From a virus (taxonomy: Duplodnaviria > Caudoviricetes), in IMG/VR virus record IMGVR_UViG_3300042566_000740, positions 1-25,764 of that record: 25,764 nucleotides of DNA; one strand, written 5' to 3'. The notes under the pieces were generated by a model. It was given only the letters and a program-made list of their open reading frames with translations, was not told where the DNA came from and searched no databases. A program made the translations under genes and the position numbers. This document shows positions 23,282 to 25,764 of this stretch, piece after piece; within the stretch, counting starts at the first letter, position 1, and every line of letters begins with the position of its first letter.

Positions 23282-25732
23282 TTATCCCAAATCGCTACAT
23301 TTATACGTATTATCAAAAGTAACTATAGGTATTAAACTTGGTGCAGGTATTGGAACAGGCATTAAAATTTCATGTCTTATTGTGTGCGGTCCTGTGCCTG
23401 GGTCAAAGTCAGCATCAACTATAAACCTATAATAAGCTATTGGAATTGTATCGCTAATCTTTATTGCAGTAACTACATTGCCTGCATAACTTAAAACGCC
23501 TATGGGACTATTAGCATTATCGACAAAATTATTTTGTACAACATTTAAACCGCCTACATAATCTGGATGTGCTAATATTTCAGCTATTACAGCCGTCGGG
23601 TTTCCTGTTATGGTCCAAAGTGGTAATACGCCAACAGTTCTATAAGTTGATGTACTTGTAAGCGCAACCAAACCAATAGGGCAATAATCAGGAACCTGCT
23701 GATATGCAATACCTGTAACCCAATAACGTTGGCCTTGTGTTAATTGTTGCACGTTTATTTTAAAATTAGCTTCGTTAGATGGCGAAAATGAAGCATCGAC
23801 ATCGTCAAGTTTTGCACTAACTAACTGTTGCATTTGTATTACAACAGGCTGCCAACTTGATTCTTCTTCAATAGCATTATTATTTGTATCGCCTAATTCG
23901 TTAGCAGGGTAAATAGTAGCAATTAAATTTATTGAACCTGTAAACGCTGGGTCTTTTTCTACTTGTGCTATTATTTGGTCAGCATCGCAAATGTCTATAA
24001 TTTCGGTTTTAATGCCTAAAATATAATCAGCTAAATCGTAAAATTTAACGCTTACTAAGTTAGGGCTAACCGCATCATTTTCAAAAACATCGACATCTAA
24101 TTTTTGTACATAATCTATTTGTGTAAATTGTGTTATGCCATTTGTCGAAGTCGGCTGATTTAAACTAATAGTCCATGTTATTTCAGTTAATGTGCCTGCA
24201 TATTCTTCAGCTATTCTAAAGATACAATCTAAAACTAAATCGGTTGCATCATTGGTTACTATTGTCATATCAGCCGTTGTAATTGGCGGTGCTGCAGGTA
24301 TATAACTTTGCACTTGATTAACAACGCCCGGCACGTTTGTAAGTTTGCAGATAATGCCTGCTAAACTTCCATCAAAACTACCTACCAAACCAATAGCATT
24401 TAAAGCTGTAACATAGCTTGCTTTATCAATTGATAAACGGGCTTTAATACGTTGATGTGGTGCAATAGTTAAATTATTGCCGCTGTATTGTGTGTTATAT
24501 GTACTTAAAAAACCTGTTAATATTGGTATTGCAGGCGCTGTATAAGTAGCAACTAATAAAGGGCTTAAATGCGAAGTTACATATTCAGGATTTGCAGCGT
24601 CATGAATATTTACCACTATATAATATTGACCGTTTATTTGTAGCTGTGAACCATCGATAGTAAATTGCACTTCTATATCATCGGGATTTGGTACGTCTTC
24701 AAACCAATCCGAAGGCGAATAAATAGCACCGTTTAGTTGACCGCTGCCAGGTGTTGCCTGTGGTATTAAAGCATCAGATAATTGTAAGTCAGTAACAAAG
24801 TCTGTATTGTTTACAACCGTATCAACCCTAAAAAGCAAAACGCGAATATCACTAATAGCAGGATTTGCAACTGAACCGTTAAATGCTTCGCCCCTTAATA
24901 ATATTCTAACTGAATTATCCTCACCTACTGCCAACTGATTATTAGCAACAGTAAAAATAGCATTTGGTATTGTTGATGTATTTGGTTGTGCGGCTGTTGC
25001 TGTTGCATTAGTTAATAGTGGCAAACTTGCAGCTAATTGTGATGTTGAACTAATTTCAAGTTCACGAATATATCGCATCAATAAACTATACCCACCATAA
25101 TCGGAATTGTACCAACGTGCATGAACAGGTATATTTGCAAATCTTCCGCCTACGGGTGTAGTTACAACCATGTCAAAACCCGATGAATCAAAAACTTTGC
25201 AACCTAAACTTAAATTTTTGGTTTGGTTGTAAACTATTTGACCTATGTTATTAGGCAAACCTAAAGCACTTGACGCTAAAAATCTATTGATATTTGAATT
25301 AGATGAATTGCCAAATATAAAATTAGTAGTATCATTTGTAACGTAAAATTCAAAAACTACTGTAGCCTCATCATGTGGTGCAGTATTCTTTGACATTTCA
25401 CAATAGATATTTTGCAGCGGCGGTATAGGAACGTTTAAAACAGCTTGTTGCGGCGTTGTGCTTAATGGGTTTAATGTTTCATAGCCAAAATCTAAAGCGT
25501 TTAAAGGATTTGATAAAACATAAAGCCCCGGGTTAAATCTTAGTTGTTTATTTAAAAAGCTATTAGCGCCCGAACTGTTTATAGTAAAAGTTAGTCGAAC
25601 TTTTATGCCTATTGCCAAACCTTCAACGGGCACGGCTGGAATTGTAGCAGCCGTAAACGTTGCAATGTTATATAAAACAGTTCCGCTGCTATCTATGCAA
25701 TCTAATTGTATATTATCGTAAGTATAAGACAT
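23282..25732 (-). CDS. Large virion structural protein (tail/baseplate-like, beta-rich)
   Basis: 816 aa, rich in P/T/N/V/I and poor in basic residues; in the structural operon; no family recognised. Confidence 0.6.
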   Translation of the reverse strand: MSYTYDNIQLDCIDSSGTVLYNIATFTAATIPAVPVEGLAIGIKVRLTFTINSSGANSFLNKQLRFNPGLYVLSNPLNALDFGYETLNPLSTTPQQAVLNVPIPPLQNIYCEMSKNTAPHDEATVVFEFYVTNDTTNFIFGNSSNSNINRFLASSALGLPNNIGQIVYNQTKNLSLGCKVFDSSGFDMVVTTPVGGRFANIPVHARWYNSDYGGYSLLMRYIRELEISSTSQLAASLPLLTNATATAAQPNTSTIPNAIFTVANNQLAVGEDNSVRILLRGEAFNGSVANPAISDIRVLLFRVDTVVNNTDFVTDLQLSDALIPQATPGSGQLNGAIYSPSDWFEDVPNPDDIEVQFTIDGSQLQINGQYYIVVNIHDAANPEYVTSHLSPLLVATYTAPAIPILTGFLSTYNTQYSGNNLTIAPHQRIKARLSIDKASYVTALNAIGLVGSFDGSLAGIICKLTNVPGVVNQVQSYIPAAPPITTADMTIVTNDATDLVLDCIFRIAEEYAGTLTEITWTISLNQPTSTNGITQFTQIDYVQKLDVDVFENDAVSPNLVSVKFYDLADYILGIKTEIIDICDADQIIAQVEKDPAFTGSINLIATIYPANELGDTNNNAIEEESSWQPVVIQMQQLVSAKLDDVDASFSPSNEANFKINVQQLTQGQRYWVTGIAYQQVPDYCPIGLVALTSTSTYRTVGVLPLWTITGNPTAVIAEILAHPDYVGGLNVVQNNFVDNANSPIGVLSYAGNVVTAIKISDTIPIAYYRFIVDADFDPGTGPHTIRHEILMPVPIPAPSLIPIVTFDNTYKCSDLG

Positions 25733-25764
25733 TAAATTAAGCCTTGAATAGTTAATGAATTATT
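25732..25764 (-). CDS. C-terminal end of an upstream gene (partial)
   Basis: ...NNSLTIQGLI* with TAATG overlap onto the 816-aa gene start. Confidence 0.5.
   Translation of the reverse strand, partial: NNSLTIQGLI

Noticed and set aside
1-25764. Alternative genetic code / stop-codon reassignment
   Set aside because: Standard code 11 gives dense, tightly coupled full-length genes, and TAA, TGA and TAG all serve as stops.

Overview
AT-rich fragment of a tailed dsDNA phage (Caudoviricetes), most likely infecting Bacteroidota. The host inference rests on TAnnTTTG -7 promoter elements, A-rich leaders without Shine-Dalgarno motifs and Flavobacteriia-phage-style small genes. Two convergent arms meet at about 8.9 kb. 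The + arm (1-8919) carries replication and accessory genes: VRR-NUC nuclease, a stand-alone DnaB N-terminal-domain protein, a P-loop helicase, SSB, two MazG-like proteins, a lipoprotein GH73 glucosaminidase, a PG-binding amidase endolysin and many small ORFs. It also carries a tRNA-like RNA with an abnormal 64-nt core and a second candidate structured RNA. The - arm (25764-8945) is the virion operon: tail/baseplate proteins, Ig-tipped tail tube, portal with a DnaJ-type zinc finger, minor head protein, a UVR-motif protein, scaffold, extended major capsid protein, neck proteins, a fibre gene with a T10 tract, and a holin. No terminase, tape measure, integrase, polymerase or CRISPR array is visible. 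The most notable signals are the tRNA-like/ncRNA cassettes, the chaperone-like motifs in the head module, the slippery T10 at the fibre domain boundary, Cys-rich virion proteins and near-total GATC avoidance. All functional calls come from motif recognition by eye, not database searches.
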